Below, piece after piece: positions 27,101 to 42,100 of a stretch of 64,000 bases of DNA. How positions within the stretch are numbered: position 1 is the stretch's first letter; each line of letters begins with the position of its first letter. The stretch is from Sphyrna mokarran (taxonomy: Eukaryota): NCBI GenBank assembly GCA_024679065.1, contig JAGIQG010000019.1:16678001-16742000 (forward strand), read 5' to 3'. The notes under the pieces were generated by a model. It worked only from the letters and a program-made list of their open reading frames with translations. It searched no databases and was not told the origin of the DNA. A program made the translations under genes and the position numbers.

Positions 27101-30100
27101 AAAGCAGGTTTAAAAGATCTGAACTATTTCAGGACTTCCCTCTTTCGCAATAGCATCCAATTCAACAGATATATAAATAAAGGCCAGCTTACATTTAACA
27201 CTGTATCATTATTCTGGGAAACTTCTCTTGTAGGTTCAGCGAAGCAATGGGTTTTATCTGCTTCCACAAAGGTTTCTGCACTCTTGCTTCTGCTCTGCTA
27301 ACCAGCAGCACCTTACATGTTGCTAGCTGTATATTGTGCCTCAGGCTACTAAATGGATGCTGCTTCCTGCTTCCACAAAAAAGTTGCCAAGTATATAATT
27401 GTTTAGCTTTGAAGATTGAAATATCTCCTCAGAGGATGGTGTCTCTTCACCAGATTCCCATTATTTACAATCTTATCTCCACTTATAAGTGTGCGTCAGG
27501 ATCAAAGTCAAAATTCAGAATGTCAGCAACCGTGACACTACCATTTTTATATACAATTCAGACTCTCTGATTGGTGGGCAATTATTAGCTCAATCAGGGA
27601 GCTTATACTGCAAGAAGCCAAAATCCTGGCCTCATTGACGTTATTATTATTCTTATAGCTGGCTCTATGCCTTCTTGCTTGTGTTACTTCCAATATTAAC
27701 ATGAATGTCTTCCCCAAATTGTACCAATGTCTCCCCAAATTATTTCCAATTTGCAGGATGCTGTGTTTCTTTTTGGTGCGTCTACAACTGCTAATCTTGT
27801 TATTGAGTTTCCCATTCTGTGATACACCTTGTTAAGTGTTTGCGCATTTATGACAATAATAAAGTAAATCTCACAGTAAAACAGTGTTAGCTTTATGTTG
27901 TCCAACAGTGAAGTTGATTGTGTTTCTTGTTCTTCAGAAGTCATCACTACAACAGTGAAACCAACGACAACCAGTTCCACTACCGTCCCCACTCCAGGTG
28001 AGTGAAAGCTTCTTTTGTTACAGAATAGCAAAACGTTGTGTCGCAAACTGTTCATATTCAGCAATTTCCAGGCAGTGGAAAGACACTGTTTCACACTTAT
28101 TTCTAGTTAGTTCCTAACTTCCCAACTGAATGTATTGATAACGGACTGATTCAAATGAAGCTGGATGAGAACATTTACATGAGAAGAAATGTTTTCTCTG
28201 TGTTTCTGTGTGTACTGTTCTCTCCTAGAATCTACTCACTCAACAATATTTCCTGAACCTGTTCCTAAATATCGCCTGACATTGGAATAATTTCTGCAGT
28301 CTGCATTACACAATGATGCTGATATGCAGCATCTTTGTCAAAGTTCAGTAGTTTCCATAACATATCTTATCAATGGATCTTGCTCTAATCAGCTAATGTT
28401 GAAAGTCTATTAATACAGCTGGATTTCCAGTCAGAGTGCAGTGGGTTTGAATAATTCTCTTTTCCTGTAGAAGTGACAACTACAACAAAAGGAACACCAA
28501 TTCCGAAGACAACAGGTAATTGAGATTTTCCTTCAATATTGGAACCTCCCTATTAGACACTCCCTCAGTTTCCATGATGACTTCTTTCCATTAGGGATCA
28601 TGGGATGGCAGATGATTCCAATGGACAATCTGCACGTTCTGCGGCATGCCGGACAGACTTTGCTTCGAGAATAATTTAGATAATGTGCTTGGGGATTTGT
28701 CTGCTCGTTCCGATATCTCAAATTTATCTGTGAGACAGTGTTTCTTCGTGTGTTTCCATTTGGGTCAGTCAGAGGCCAAGCACTCCTATGATTTGTTGGC
28801 GACATTTGGTGTCATCAGGAATCCTTCAGGACAGTCCTGAACTGTTTCTTCTGTCCCATGGGTGTCTCCTTCTACCAGTGCATTCTGGGCAAAGCCGTTG
28901 CTTTGGGAGTCTGGTGTCAGGCAATCAAACGTCATCTGCTGCCCAGCCGAAGTGGTTACGTATAATTGTTGACTCACTGCTGAATTTGTTGTCTTGGGAG
29001 CGGGTGCTGGCTGTTGGAAAGCCTTTCTTGCCACAGATTAGGAGGATTTTGCAAAGACACTCGTGTTTCAATTCTCCAGTATTTTGAGATGGCTGCTATA
29101 AGTTGTCCAATTTGACAAAGTAGAAAAGAGTGTGGTGCTCTGTGCTGTGCGATAAAGCAAAACCTTAGCCTCTTGTTTGCAGTACAGGGCCACAATCATC
29201 TTTTCAAATCCTCTTCCAAGTGCAACTTAATTCAACATTGGCTTAGACAATTCCAGTCCGTCAATTCAGTCCTTTAGTTTGATCGAATTCCTTTGGGATG
29301 GAGTTATTTGTAAAGTGCAGATTGAGAATACTGAAATCAGTGACGTTTTCACATTCACAAAAACGGTGTTGTGACAAGCTCTCCCTTGGGAGATTTCTCG
29401 ATCGGAAAATCAGATTGTTAATGTTTCAACAGTCTGATCTGTGAGTTTGATCCTTTCCTCCCATTCTGTGTCCTTTTGTGGCTGCTTATTCTAATACAAT
29501 TTTCCGCAAAATCTTCACTCCTGTTCGTAAATGTACACTTTGTACTTCAATGCTGGTGCTCACAGTCTGCAGACATTTCAATTCCAAAAGAGTTATTTCC
29601 AGATGTTGTCAATGTTGCTGTCTTGATAGAGTGCTGATTTTGAAAGGTCTTTCTTTGTCTGCAGTACCAACGACAACAACAACAACACAGGAAACACCAA
29701 CCACACCTGGGAAACCTACTACAACAGGTTAGTGCTGTTTCCTTTCAATATTCACCAGCATGGCTTTTCACAGTGGTGTGCTTATCTGTTTCAATGTCTG
29801 TTCATTTGTTCAGTCTTGCCCACACTTCTTCTTCGAAAGAAATGGTTGAAAATTTACTGAAATTTGAATCATCAATTGGATTTATGAACCTCATTTTGAC
29901 ACCAAGATCTACATGATAGTCGATATGATGGTTTTCTGGTCAAAGGGGAGAGGAGTACAATGGTGTTGACATTGTGGTGAATTGGTTTCATTCTTTCTTT
30001 TCTCTTTCAGAAAGGGTCACTACAACAGTGAAACCATCTACCATTGGGCCCCCTCCAGGCTCCACATCAGGTGAGTAACGGCTTCTTTTCTTCAACAGCA

Positions 30101-33100
30101 GCAAGAGCTGGAAACAAGTGAAATAAACACAGATAGTGGTGGAAATTATCAGCAACGCTGACAACACCTGCTGAGTATTTGCAGCACTTTCTGTTTGCAT
30201 ATCAGATTTCCAGCAAGCACAGCATTTCACATTTTGTTCAGTGAAAAAGGGACCTCGTTTCAGCGCGAATGATAAATTCATCATTTCCCCAAGGGGACGC
30301 GCTGTGACTGTATTATCGAAAGGGAAATGGCATTTTTACTGCCTGAATAAAGGTAGATCTGAGGTGGGAGCTGAGGGGAAATGCTGTGTGCATAAATCTT
30401 CACACCAGTGCACTCTTCTCAAATTCCCCTTTTAGACACCGCCCGTCCATTCAGTCAGACTTATCAACATTTTCTTATGGAGTGTTTCAAATCGTCTGAA
30501 TCCAGATTTACTATTGCAAACAACACAATTGCGACAAAGCCAGCTGTCACAAAGCTGGCTGATGTTAACTACGAGAATGTCCCAACTGGGAAACACCAAT
30601 TCATGGAGTGTGCACTTTTGTCTGCTGAAACAGTGAAAGGGACCACGTGTAATTCCCACAGAGAACAATAACCAGCCAAATCATTGTATAACACTTACTA
30701 ATATCTATTTTTTACAATGAAGACAAAATTCACACAAACAGGATTATAAGACATTTATGAATAAGACTAGTAAACTCACCCACACAGTTTAGTAAGGAAT
30801 TACCCTACTGATCCAAAGCAGGTTTACAAGATCTGAACTATTTCAGGACTTCTCTCTGTCGCAATGGCATCGAAGTCAACAGATATATAAATAAAGGCCA
30901 GCTTACAGTTGACACTGCATCATTATTCTGGGGAACGTCTCTTGTAGGTTCAGCGAAGCAATGGGTTTTATCTGCCTCGACAAAGGTTTCTGCGCTTTTG
31001 CTTCTGCTCTGCTAACCAGCAGCACCTTACATGCTGCTATCTGTCTTTTGTGCCTCAGGCTACTAAATGGATGCTGCCTCCTATTTCCACAAAAAGGTTG
31101 CCAAGTATATAATTGTTTAGCTTTGAAGATTGAAATATCTCCTCAGAGGATGGTGTCTCTTCACCAGATTCCCATTATTTACCATCTTATCTCCACTTAT
31201 AAGTGTGCATCAGGATCAACGTCAAAATTCAGAATGTCAGCAACCCTGACACTCCCATTTTTACATACAATTCAGTCTCTCTGATTGGTGGGCAATTATT
31301 AGCTCAATCAGGGAGCTTATACTGCAATAAGCCAAAATCCTGGCCTCATTGACGTTATTATTATTCTTATAGCTGGCTCAATACCTTCTTGCTTGTGTTA
31401 CGTCCAATATTAACATGAATGTCTTCCCCAAATTGTACCAATGTCTCCCTAAATTATTTCCAATTTGCAGGATGCTGTGTTTCTTTTTGGTGCGTCTACA
31501 ACTGCTAATCTTGTTATTGAGTTTCGTATTCTCTGATACACCTTGTTAAGTGTTTGCGCTTTTATGACAATAATAAAGTAAATCTCACAGTAAAACAGTG
31601 TTAGCTTTATGTTGTCCAACAGTGAAGTTAATTGTGTTTCTTGTTCTTCAGAAGTCATCACTACAACAGTGAAACCAACGACAAGCAGTTCCACTACCAT
31701 CCCCCCACCAGGTGAGTGAAATTTTCTTTTGTTACACAATAGCAAAACCTTCTGTCGTAAACTGTTCATTTGCAGCAATTTCCAGGCAGTGGAAAGACAC
31801 TTCTTCGCACTTATTTCTAGTTAGTCCCTAACTTCCCCACTGAACGTATTGGTAACAGACTGATTCAGATGAAGCTGGATGAGAACGTGTACATGAGAAG
31901 AAATGTTTTCTCTGTGTTTCTGTGTGTACTGTTCTCTCCTAGAATTTACTCACTCAACAATATTTCCTGAACCTGTTCCTAAATATCGCCTGACATTGGA
32001 ATAATTTCTGCAGTCTGCATTACACGATGCTACTGATATGCAGCATCTTTGTCAAAGTTCAGCAGTTTTCATAACATATCTTATCAATGGAACTTCCGCT
32101 TAGCATGATGTGATTGTTAAAATTCTTCCATTTTCTTCTCTCGCTCAGTAATTTAGAATACTTTTGAAACAATTACAAATTTTAAAGTGGACGTGCCTTT
32201 CTTGTGTTTAGCTTTGCTCCTTTATTCTCCAACTTAGTTGAGCTCGTTAGTAGCTGTAGACAGTATGTTCCTCATTCTTATTGCCTTACTGTGAATTAAA
32301 TCAGCTAATGTTGGAAGTCTATTAATACAGCTGGATTTCCAGTCAGAGTGCAGTGGGTTTGAATAATTCTCTTTTCCTGTAGAAGTGACAACTACGACAA
32401 AAGGAACACCAATTCCAACGACAACATGTAATTGAGATTTTCCTTCAATATTGGAATCTCCCTATTAGACAATCCCTCGGTTTCGATGACGACTTCCTTC
32501 CATTAGGGATCATGGGATGGCAGATGAGTCCAATGGACAATCTGCACGTTCTGCCAATTGCCGGACAGACTTTACTTCGAGAATAATTTAGATAACGTGG
32601 TTGGGGATTTGTGTGCTCGTTCCGATATCTCAAATTTATCTGTGAGACAGTATTTCTCACGTCAGTCAGAGGCCAAGCACTCCCATGAATTGACGGGGAA
32701 GTTTGGCGTCATCAGGAATCGTTTAAGACAGCCCTGAAGTGCTTCTTCTGTCTCACGGGTATCTCCTTCTATCAGCGCACTCTGGGCAAAGCCGTTGTCT
32801 TGGGAGTCTGGTGTCAGGCAATCAAATGTCATCTTCTGCCCAGCCAAAGTGGTTACGTGTAATTGTTGACTCACTGCTGAATATTTTGTCATGGGAGAGC
32901 TTGCTGGCTGTTGGAAAGCCTTTCTTGCCATAGATTAGAAGGACCTTGCAAAGACGCTTGTTTTTTTTTTATTAAGCAACACAGCACGGGAAACAGGCCC
33001 TTCGGCCCAACGAGCCCACGCCGCCGTCATACCTTATACATTATCCTATTTTAATATTCCTATATAATAATATATATATTATTCCTAATATGGAAAATTT

Positions 33101-36100
33101 TCACCATAGGGACAATTTGTTTCCCAATCAGCCTAAGAGCGAATTTTTGGGTTGTGGGAGGAAACCGGAGTGCCCGGAGAAAACCCACGCAACCACGGGG
33201 AGAACGCGCAAACTCCCGCAGACACCGGCCCAATTCCAAGTGTCTGCACAGCCACATCGATAGTCTCTGAGCTGTCATGGTGCCCTTCAGGTGGTCCACA
33301 TAAAGCACTCATATACGACATGAGGTACCAGGCAACCCATGAATCAACATCCAAGAGCTGTACCCGCACCACCTGCCGAATGCGTGCTCAAATTATGGAC
33401 CGAATTACCTGTGGAAAAAAAGCCGTAGTTAAACAGTCCTAATATATCCCTCTATCTGCATACTGCTCATGTGGCTGTCCAAGAGACCCTTAAACAGCCC
33501 CAGTGTGCCTGCTCCCACCACCTTACTCGGCAGTGCATTCCACACCCCCACTACCCTTTGTGTGAACAACTGCCCTCTAATATTCGTCCTATACATAGCC
33601 CCCCTCACCCTATGGCCATGACCTCTCGTCCTATCCATTTCTAAAGGTGGAAAAAGTTTACCTCCATTTCCTCTATCTATACCCCTTATAATCTTATACA
33701 CCTCTATGAGATCCCCTCTAGGCCGACGTCTTTCAAGGGAAAACAACCCCAGTCTATCTAATCGTTCCTCATAGGACAGTCCTTCCATACCAGGCAGCAT
33801 CCTGGTAAACCTCCTATGCACTCTCTCCAAGGACTCCACATCCTTCCGATAGTACGGAGACCAGAACTGGGCGCAGTATTCCAAGTGAGGCCTAACCAAA
33901 GTTGTATACAACTGCAACATCAAAATCCTACTCTTGTATTCTATACCCTTTTCTATGAAAGCTAACATACTATACGCCTTCTTTATCACCTTCTCCACCT
34001 GTGAGGACACCTTCAGAGACTTGTGAACCTGCACCCCCAAGTCTCTCTGCGTCTCTATGCTCCGTATAGTTTTACTTTTATCCTATAATTCTCTTCTACA
34101 TTTTTCCGGCCAAAATGCATCACCTCGCATTTTTCCGGATTAAATTCCATTTGCCATTTATCTGCCCAATCTACCAACCTGTCTATGTCCTGTTGTATTG
34201 CCTGACACTGCTCTTCTGTACCCGCCAATCCAAGCATCTTGGTGTCACCAGCAAATTTGCTGATCTCACCACCTACCCCTACTTCCAAGTCGTTTATGTA
34301 GACCACAAATAGAAGAGGACCTAGTACTGAGCCTTGTGGCACTCCACTAGTGACAGGCTTCCAGCTGGAAAAAGAGCCTTCCACTACTACCCTCTGTCTC
34401 CTCCTTCCGAGCCAGTTTTAGATCCATCTACATACCCGACCCTGTATCCCATGCGCCTTCACCTTCTCTATCAGTCTACCATGAGGAACCTTGTCAAACG
34501 CCTTACTGAAATCCATGTAGACGACATCAACAGCCTGTCCTTCATCAACTGTTTTTGTCACTTCTTCAAAAAAATTCCACCAGATTCGTAAGACAAGACT
34601 TCCCCTTGACGAAGCCATGCTGCGTATCCCTGATCAGATCGCAGCGCTCCAGATGCTCATACATCCTGTCCCTAAGGATCCTCTCCATTAGCTTACCTAT
34701 AACTGAAGTCAAGCTCACCGGCCTATAGTTCCCTGGGTGATCCCTCTGACCTTTTTTTAAACAACGGTACTACGTTTGCTATCCTCCAGTCCTCTGGGAC
34801 CTCACCTGTTTCCAAGGAAGAGACAAAGATTTGCGTCAGAGGCCCAGCTAGGTCTTCCCTCAACTCCCTTAGCAGCCTGGGGTAAATGCCATCAGGCCCT
34901 GGAGCTTTATGTGTCTTTAAGCTGCCTAACAGCCCCAACACCTCTTTCCTCGTAATCCTTATTTCCCTCAACCAATCTTCAACTTTGTCAACATCAGGCA
35001 CAGACATCTGTCCCGTCTCCTGCGTGAATACCGACGCAAAGTATTCATTCAGGATCTCCCCCATTCCCTCAGGCTCTAAGCATAGATCCCCTCCACTGTC
35101 CCTAAGAGGTCCAATCTTGCCTCTAACCATCCTTTTGCTCCTTACATAGGTGTAAAATGCCTTTGGATTTTCCTTAATCCTACCTGCCAGAGCCACCTCG
35201 TGGCCCTTTTTTGCCTTTCTAATACCCCTTTTAAGATCCCGTCTACACTCTCTATAAGCTTCCAGCGCTATCTCAGTCCCTAGTTGCCTAGATCTAATGT
35301 AAGCCTCTCTCTTTTTCTTGATCAAGTCCTCAATCTCCATGGTAAGCCAAGGTTCTCTAATCCTACCTTTCCCATCCTTCCTCCTTGCCGGCACATATCT
35401 TTCCTGCAGAGAGTTTAGTTTTCCCTTGAAAAACTCCCACATGTACCTCGTCGACCTGCCCTCAAAAAGCTTATCCCAATCCGTATCTTTAAGATCTTGC
35501 CTAATCTGGCCGTATCTAGCCCTCCCCCAGTTAAATACCCTCCCTTTTGGGCCAGTCTCATCCTTTTCCATTAATATACTAAAGCAGACAGAGTTGTGAT
35601 CACTATTTGACACCTGCTCTCCTACCTCGACGTCAACCACCTGGCCTGGCTCATTCCCCAGAACCAAATCCAGTATAGCCCCCTCTCTAGTCGGGCCATC
35701 CACTGTGTTGTGTTACAATTTTCCAGTGTTTTGAGATGGCTGCTATAAGTTGTCCAATTTGACAAAGCAGAAAAGAGTGTGGTGCTGTGTGCTGTGCAAT
35801 AAAGGAAAACCTTAGCCTCTTATTTGTAGTACAGGGCCACAATCATCCTTTCAAATCCTCTCCCAAATGCATCTTAATCAACATTGGCTCAGACAATTCC
35901 AGTCCATCAATTCAGTCCTTGGGTTTCATCCAATTCCTTTGGGATGGAGTTGTTTGTAGAGTTCAGTATTCTCAAACTACAATCAGTGACGTTTTCACAT
36001 TCATAAAAACGGTGTTGTGACAAGCTCTCCCTTGGGAGGTTACTCCATTGGAAAATCGGATCGTTAATGTTTCAACGATTTCATCTGTAAGTTTGATCCT

Positions 36101-39100
36101 TTCATTCCATTCTGTGTCCTTTTGTGGCTGCTTATTCTAATACAATTTTCGGCAAAATTTTCACTCCTGTTTGTCAATGTACAGTTTGATCTTCATGCTG
36201 GTGCTCACAGCCTGCAGACATTTCAATTCCAAAAGAGTTATTTCCAGATGTTGTCAATGTTGCTGTCTTGATAGAGTGCTGATTTTGAAAGGTCTTTCTT
36301 TGTCTGCAGTACCAACGACAACAACAACAACACAGGAAACACCAACCACACCTGGGAAACCGACTACAACAGGTTAGTGCTGTTTCCTTTCAATATTCAC
36401 CAGCATGGCTTTTCACAGTGGTGTGCTTATCTGCTTCAGTGTCTGTTCATTTGTTCAGTCTTGCCCACACCTCCTGTTTGAAAGAAACGGTTGAAAATTT
36501 ACTCAAATCTGAATCATCAATTGGATTTGTGAACCTCATTTTGACACCAAGATCTATATGATAGCCTATATGATGGTTTTCTGGTCAAAGGGGAGAGGAG
36601 TACAATGGTGTTGACATTGTGGTGAATTGGTTTCATTCTTTTTTTTCTCCTTCAGAAAGGGTCACTACAACAGTGAAACCATCTACCATTGGGCCCCCTC
36701 CAGGCTCCACATCAGGTGAGTAACGGCTTCTTTTCTTAAACAGCAGCAAGAGCTGGAAACAAGTGAAATAAACACAGATAGTGGTGGAAATATTCAGCAA
36801 CGCTGACAACACCTGCTGAGTATTTGCAGCACTTTCTGTTTGCATATCAGATTTCCATCAAGCACAGCATTTTACATTTTATTCTGTGAAAAAGGGACCT
36901 CGTTTCAGCATGAATGATAAATTCATCATTTCACCATGGTGACGCGCTGTGACTGTATTATCGAAAGGGAAATGGTGTTTTTACTGCCTGAATAAAGGTA
37001 GATCTGAGGTGGGAGCTGAGGGAAAATGCTGAGTGCATAAATGTTGACACTAGTGCACTCTTCTCAAATTCCAATTTTAGACAACGCCATCCATTCAGTC
37101 AGTCTTGTCAACATTACCATATGGAGTGTTTCAAATTGTCTGAATCCAGATTTACTATTGCAAACAACACAATTGCAACGACAGCTGTCACAAAACTGTC
37201 TGATGTTAACTGCGAGAATGTCCCAATTGGGAAACACCAGTTCATGGAGTGTGCACTTTTGTCTGCTGGAACAGTGAAAGGGACCATTTGTAATTCCCAC
37301 AGAGAACAATAACCAGCCGAATCATTGTATAACACTTACTAATGTCTATTTTTTACAATGAAGACAAAATACACACAAACAGGATTAGAAGACATTTATG
37401 AATAAGACTAGTAAACCCACCCACACAGTTAACAAGGAATTACCGTTCTGATCCAAAGCAGGTTTACAAGATCTGAAATATTTCAGGACTTCCTTCTGTC
37501 GCAATAGCATCCAATTCAACAGATAGATAAATGAAGGCCAGCTTACAGTTGACACTGCATCATTATTCTGGGGAACGTCTCTTGTTGGTTCAGCGAAGCA
37601 ATGGGTTTTATAGCTTCCACAAAGGTTTCTGCGCTCTTGCTTCTGCTCTGCTAACCAGCAGCACCTTACATGCTGCTATCTGTCTTTTGTGCCTCAGGCT
37701 ACTATATGGATGCTGCCTCCGGCTTCCACAAAAAAGTTGCCAAGTATATAATTGTTTAGCTTTGAAGATTGAAATATCTCCTCAGAGGATGGTGTCTCTT
37801 CACCAGATTCCCATTATTTACAATCTTATCTCGACTTATTAGAGTGCGTCAGGATCAAAGTCAAAATTCAGAGTGTCAGCAACGCTGAGAATTATTAGCT
37901 CAATCAGGGAGCTTATAGTGCAAGAAGCCAAACTTCTGGCCTCATTGAGGTCATTACAAGATCCATTCTTATAGCTGGCCCTGTCGTCTTGCTTGTGTTA
38001 CTTCCAATATTAACATGAATGTCTTCCCTAAAGTGTACCAATGCCTCCCCAAATTATTTCCAATTTGCAGGATCCTGTGTTTCTTTTTGGTCTGTCTACA
38101 ACTGCTAATCTTGTTATTGAGTTTCCCATCCTGTGATACATCTTGTAAAACCTTTGCGCATTTACGACAATAATAAAGTAAATCTCAAGTAATACAGTGT
38201 TAGCTTTATGTTGTCCAGCAGTGAAGTTGACTGTGTTTCTTGTTCTTCAGAAGTCATCACTACATCAGTGAAACCAACGACAACCAGTTCCACCACCATC
38301 CCCCCACCAGGTGAGTGAAAGCTTCTTTTCTTACACAATAGCAAAACCTTGTGTCATAAACTGTTCATTTGCACCAATTTCCAGGCAGTGGAAAGACACT
38401 GCTTCACACTGATTTCTAGTTAGTTCCTAACTTCCCAACTGAACGTATTGATAACGGACTGATTCAGATGAAGCTGGATGAGAACATGTACATGAGAAGA
38501 AATGTTTTCTCTGTGTTTCTGTGTGTACTGTTCTCTCCTAGAATCCACTCACTCAACAATATTTCCTGAACCTGTTCCTAAATATCACCTGACATTGGAA
38601 TAATTTCTGCAGTCTGCATTACACGATGATGCTGATATGCAGCATCTTTGTCAAAGTTCAGCAGTTTCCATAACATATCTTATCAATGGATCTTCAACTT
38701 AGCATGATGTGATTGTTAAAATTCTTCCATTTTCTTCTCTTGCTCAATAATTAAGAATAATTTTGAAACAATTACAAATTTTAAAGTGGACGTGCCTTTT
38801 TGTATTTAGCTTTGCTCCTTTATTCTCCAACTTAGTTGAGCTCGTTAGTAGCTGTACACAGTATGTTCCTCATTCTTGTTGCCTTGCTGTGAATAAAATC
38901 AGTGAATGTTTGAAGTCTATTAATACAGCTGGATTTCCAGTCAGAGTGCAGTGGGTTTGAATAATTCTCTTTTCCTGTAGCAGTGACAACTACAACAAAA
39001 GGAACACCAATTCCAACGACAACATGTAATTGAGATTTTCCTTCAATATTGGAATCTCCCTATTAGTCACTCCCTCGGTTTCAATGATGACTTCTTTCCA

Positions 39101-42100
39101 TTAGGGATCATGGGATGGCAGATGAGTCCAATGGACAATCTGCACGTTCTGCCGCATGCCGGACAGACTTTGCTTCGAGAATAATTTAGATAATGTGCTT
39201 GGGGATTTGTCTGCTCGTTCCGATATCTCAAATTTATCTGTGAGACAGTGTTTCTTCGTGTGTTTCCATTTGGGTCAGTCAGAGGCCAAGCACTCCCATG
39301 ATTTGTTGGGGACATTTGGTGTCATCAGGAATCCTTCAGGACAGTCCTGAACTGTTTCTTCTGTCCCATGGGTGTCTCCTTCTACCAGTGCATTCTGGGC
39401 AAAGCCGTTGCTTTGGGAGTCTGGTGTCAGGCAATCAAACGTCATCTGCTGCCCAGCCGAAGTGGTTACGTATAATTGTTGACTCACTGCTGAATTTGTT
39501 GTCTTGGGAGCGGGTGCTGGCTGTTGGAAAGCCTTTCTTGCCATAGATTAGGAGGATTTTGCAAAGACACTCGTGTTACAATTCTCCAGTATTTTGAAGT
39601 GGCTGCTGTAAGTTGTCCAATTTGACAAAGCAGAAAAGAGTGTGGTGCTCTGTGCTGTGCGATAAAGGAAAACATGAGCCTCTTGTTGTAGTACAGGGCC
39701 ACAATCATCTTTTCAAATCCTCTTCGAAGTGCATCTTAATCAACATTGGCTCAGACAACTCCAGTCCATCAATTCAGTCCTTTAGTTTCATCCAATTCCT
39801 TTGGGATGGAGTTATTTGTAAAGTTCAGTATTCTCAATCTGCAATCAGTGACGTTTTCACATTCACAAAAACGGTGTTGTGACAAGCTCTCCCTTGGGAG
39901 ATTTCTCGATCGGAAAATCAGATTGTTAATGTTTCAACAGTTTCATTTGTAAGTTTGATCCTTTCGTCCCATTTATGTCCTTTTGTGGCTGCTTATTCTA
40001 ATACAATTTTCGGGAAAATCTTCACTCCTGTTCGTAAATGTACACTTTGTACTTCAATGCTGGTGCTCACAGTCTGCAGACATTTCAATTCCAAAACAGT
40101 TATCTCCAGATGTTGTCAATGTTGCTGTCTTGATAGAGTGCTGATTTTGAAAGATCTTTCTTTGTCTGCAGTACCAACGACAGCAACAACAACACAGGAA
40201 ACACCAACCACACCTGGGAAACCGACTACAACAGGTTAGTGCTGTTTCCTTTCAATATTCACCAGCATGGCTTTTCACAGTGGTGTGCTTATCTGTTTCA
40301 ATGTCTGTTCATTTGTTCAGTCTTGCCCACACCTCTTGTTCGAAAGAAACGGTTGAAAATTTACTCAAATTTGAATCATCAATTGGATTTGTGAACCTCA
40401 TTTTGACACCAAGATCTATATGATAGTCGATATGATGGTTTTCTGGTCAAAGGGGAGAGGAGTACAATGGTGTTGACATTGTGGTGAATTGGTTTCATTC
40501 TTTCTTTTCTCCTTCAGAAAGGGTCACTACAACAGTGAAACCATCTACCATTGGGCCCCCTCCAGGCTCCACATCAGGTGAGTAACGGCTTCTTTTCTTC
40601 AACAGCAGCAAGAGCTGGAAACAAGTGAAATAAACACAGATAGTGGTGGAAATTATCAGCAACGCTGACAACACCTGCTGAGTATTTGCAGCACTTTCTG
40701 TTTGCATATCAGATTTCCAGCAAGCACAGCATTTTACATTTTGTTCAGTGCAAAAGGGACCTCATTTCATCGCAAATGATGAATTTATCATTTCACAATG
40801 GGGACGCGCTGTGACTGTATTATCGAAAGGGAAATGGCATTTTTACTGCTTGAATAAAGGTAGATCTGAGGTGGGAGCTGAGGGGAAATGCTGTGTGCAT
40901 AAATGTTCACACCAGTGCACTCTTCTCAAATTCCCCTTTTAGACAACAGCCGTTCAGTCAGACTTATCAGCATTTTCTTATGGATTGTTTCAAATCGTCT
41001 GAATCCAGGTTTATTATTGCAAACAACACAATTGCAACAAAGCCAGCTGTCACAAAGCTGGCTGATGTTAACTACGAGAATGTCCCAATTGGGAAACACC
41101 AGTTCATGGAGTGTGCACTTTTATCTGCTGGAACAGTGAAAGGGACCACATGTAATTCCCACAGAGAACAATAACCAGTCGAATCATTGTAATAAATAGA
41201 TATTAATAAATGTTATACAATGAACAAAAGACACATATACACGCACAAACAGGATTATAAGACATTTATAAATATGACTAGTAAACCCACCCACACAGTT
41301 TAATAAGGAATTACCGTTCTGATCCAAAGCAGGTTTACAAGATCTGAACTATTTCAGGACTTCCCTCTGTCGCAATACCATCCAATTCAACAGATATATA
41401 AATAAAGGCCAGCTTACATTTAACACTGTATCATTATTCCCGGAAACTTCTCTTGTAGGTTCAGCGAAGCAATGGGTTTTATCTGCCTCCACAAAGGTTT
41501 CTGCACTCTTGCTTCTGCTCTGCTAACCAGCAGCACCTTACATGCTGCTAGCTGTATATTGTGCCTCAGGCTACAAAATGGATGCTGTCTCCTGCTTCCA
41601 CAAAAAAGTTGCCAAGTATATAATTGTTTAGCTTTGAAGATTGAAATATCTCCTCAGAGGATGGTGTCTCTTCACCAGATTCCCATTATTTACAATCTTA
41701 TCTCCACTTATAAGAGTGCGTCAGGATCAAAGTCAAAATTCAGAATATCAGCAACCCTGACACTACCATTTGTACAATTCAGACTCCTGATTGGTGGGCA
41801 ATTATTAGCTCAATCAGGGAGCTTATAGTGCAATAAGACAAACTTCTGGCCTCATTGACGTCATTACAAGATCCATTCTTATAGCTGGCTCTATTCCTTC
41901 TTACTTGTCTTACTTCCAATATTAACATGAATGTCTTCCCCAAATTGTACCAGTGTCTCCCCAAATTATTTCCAATTTGCAGGATGCTGTGTTTCTTTTT
42001 GGTGCATCTACAACTGGTAATCTTGTTATTGAGTTTTGTATTCTGTGATACACCTTGTTAAGTGTTTGTGCATTTATGACAATAATAAAGTAAATCTCAC

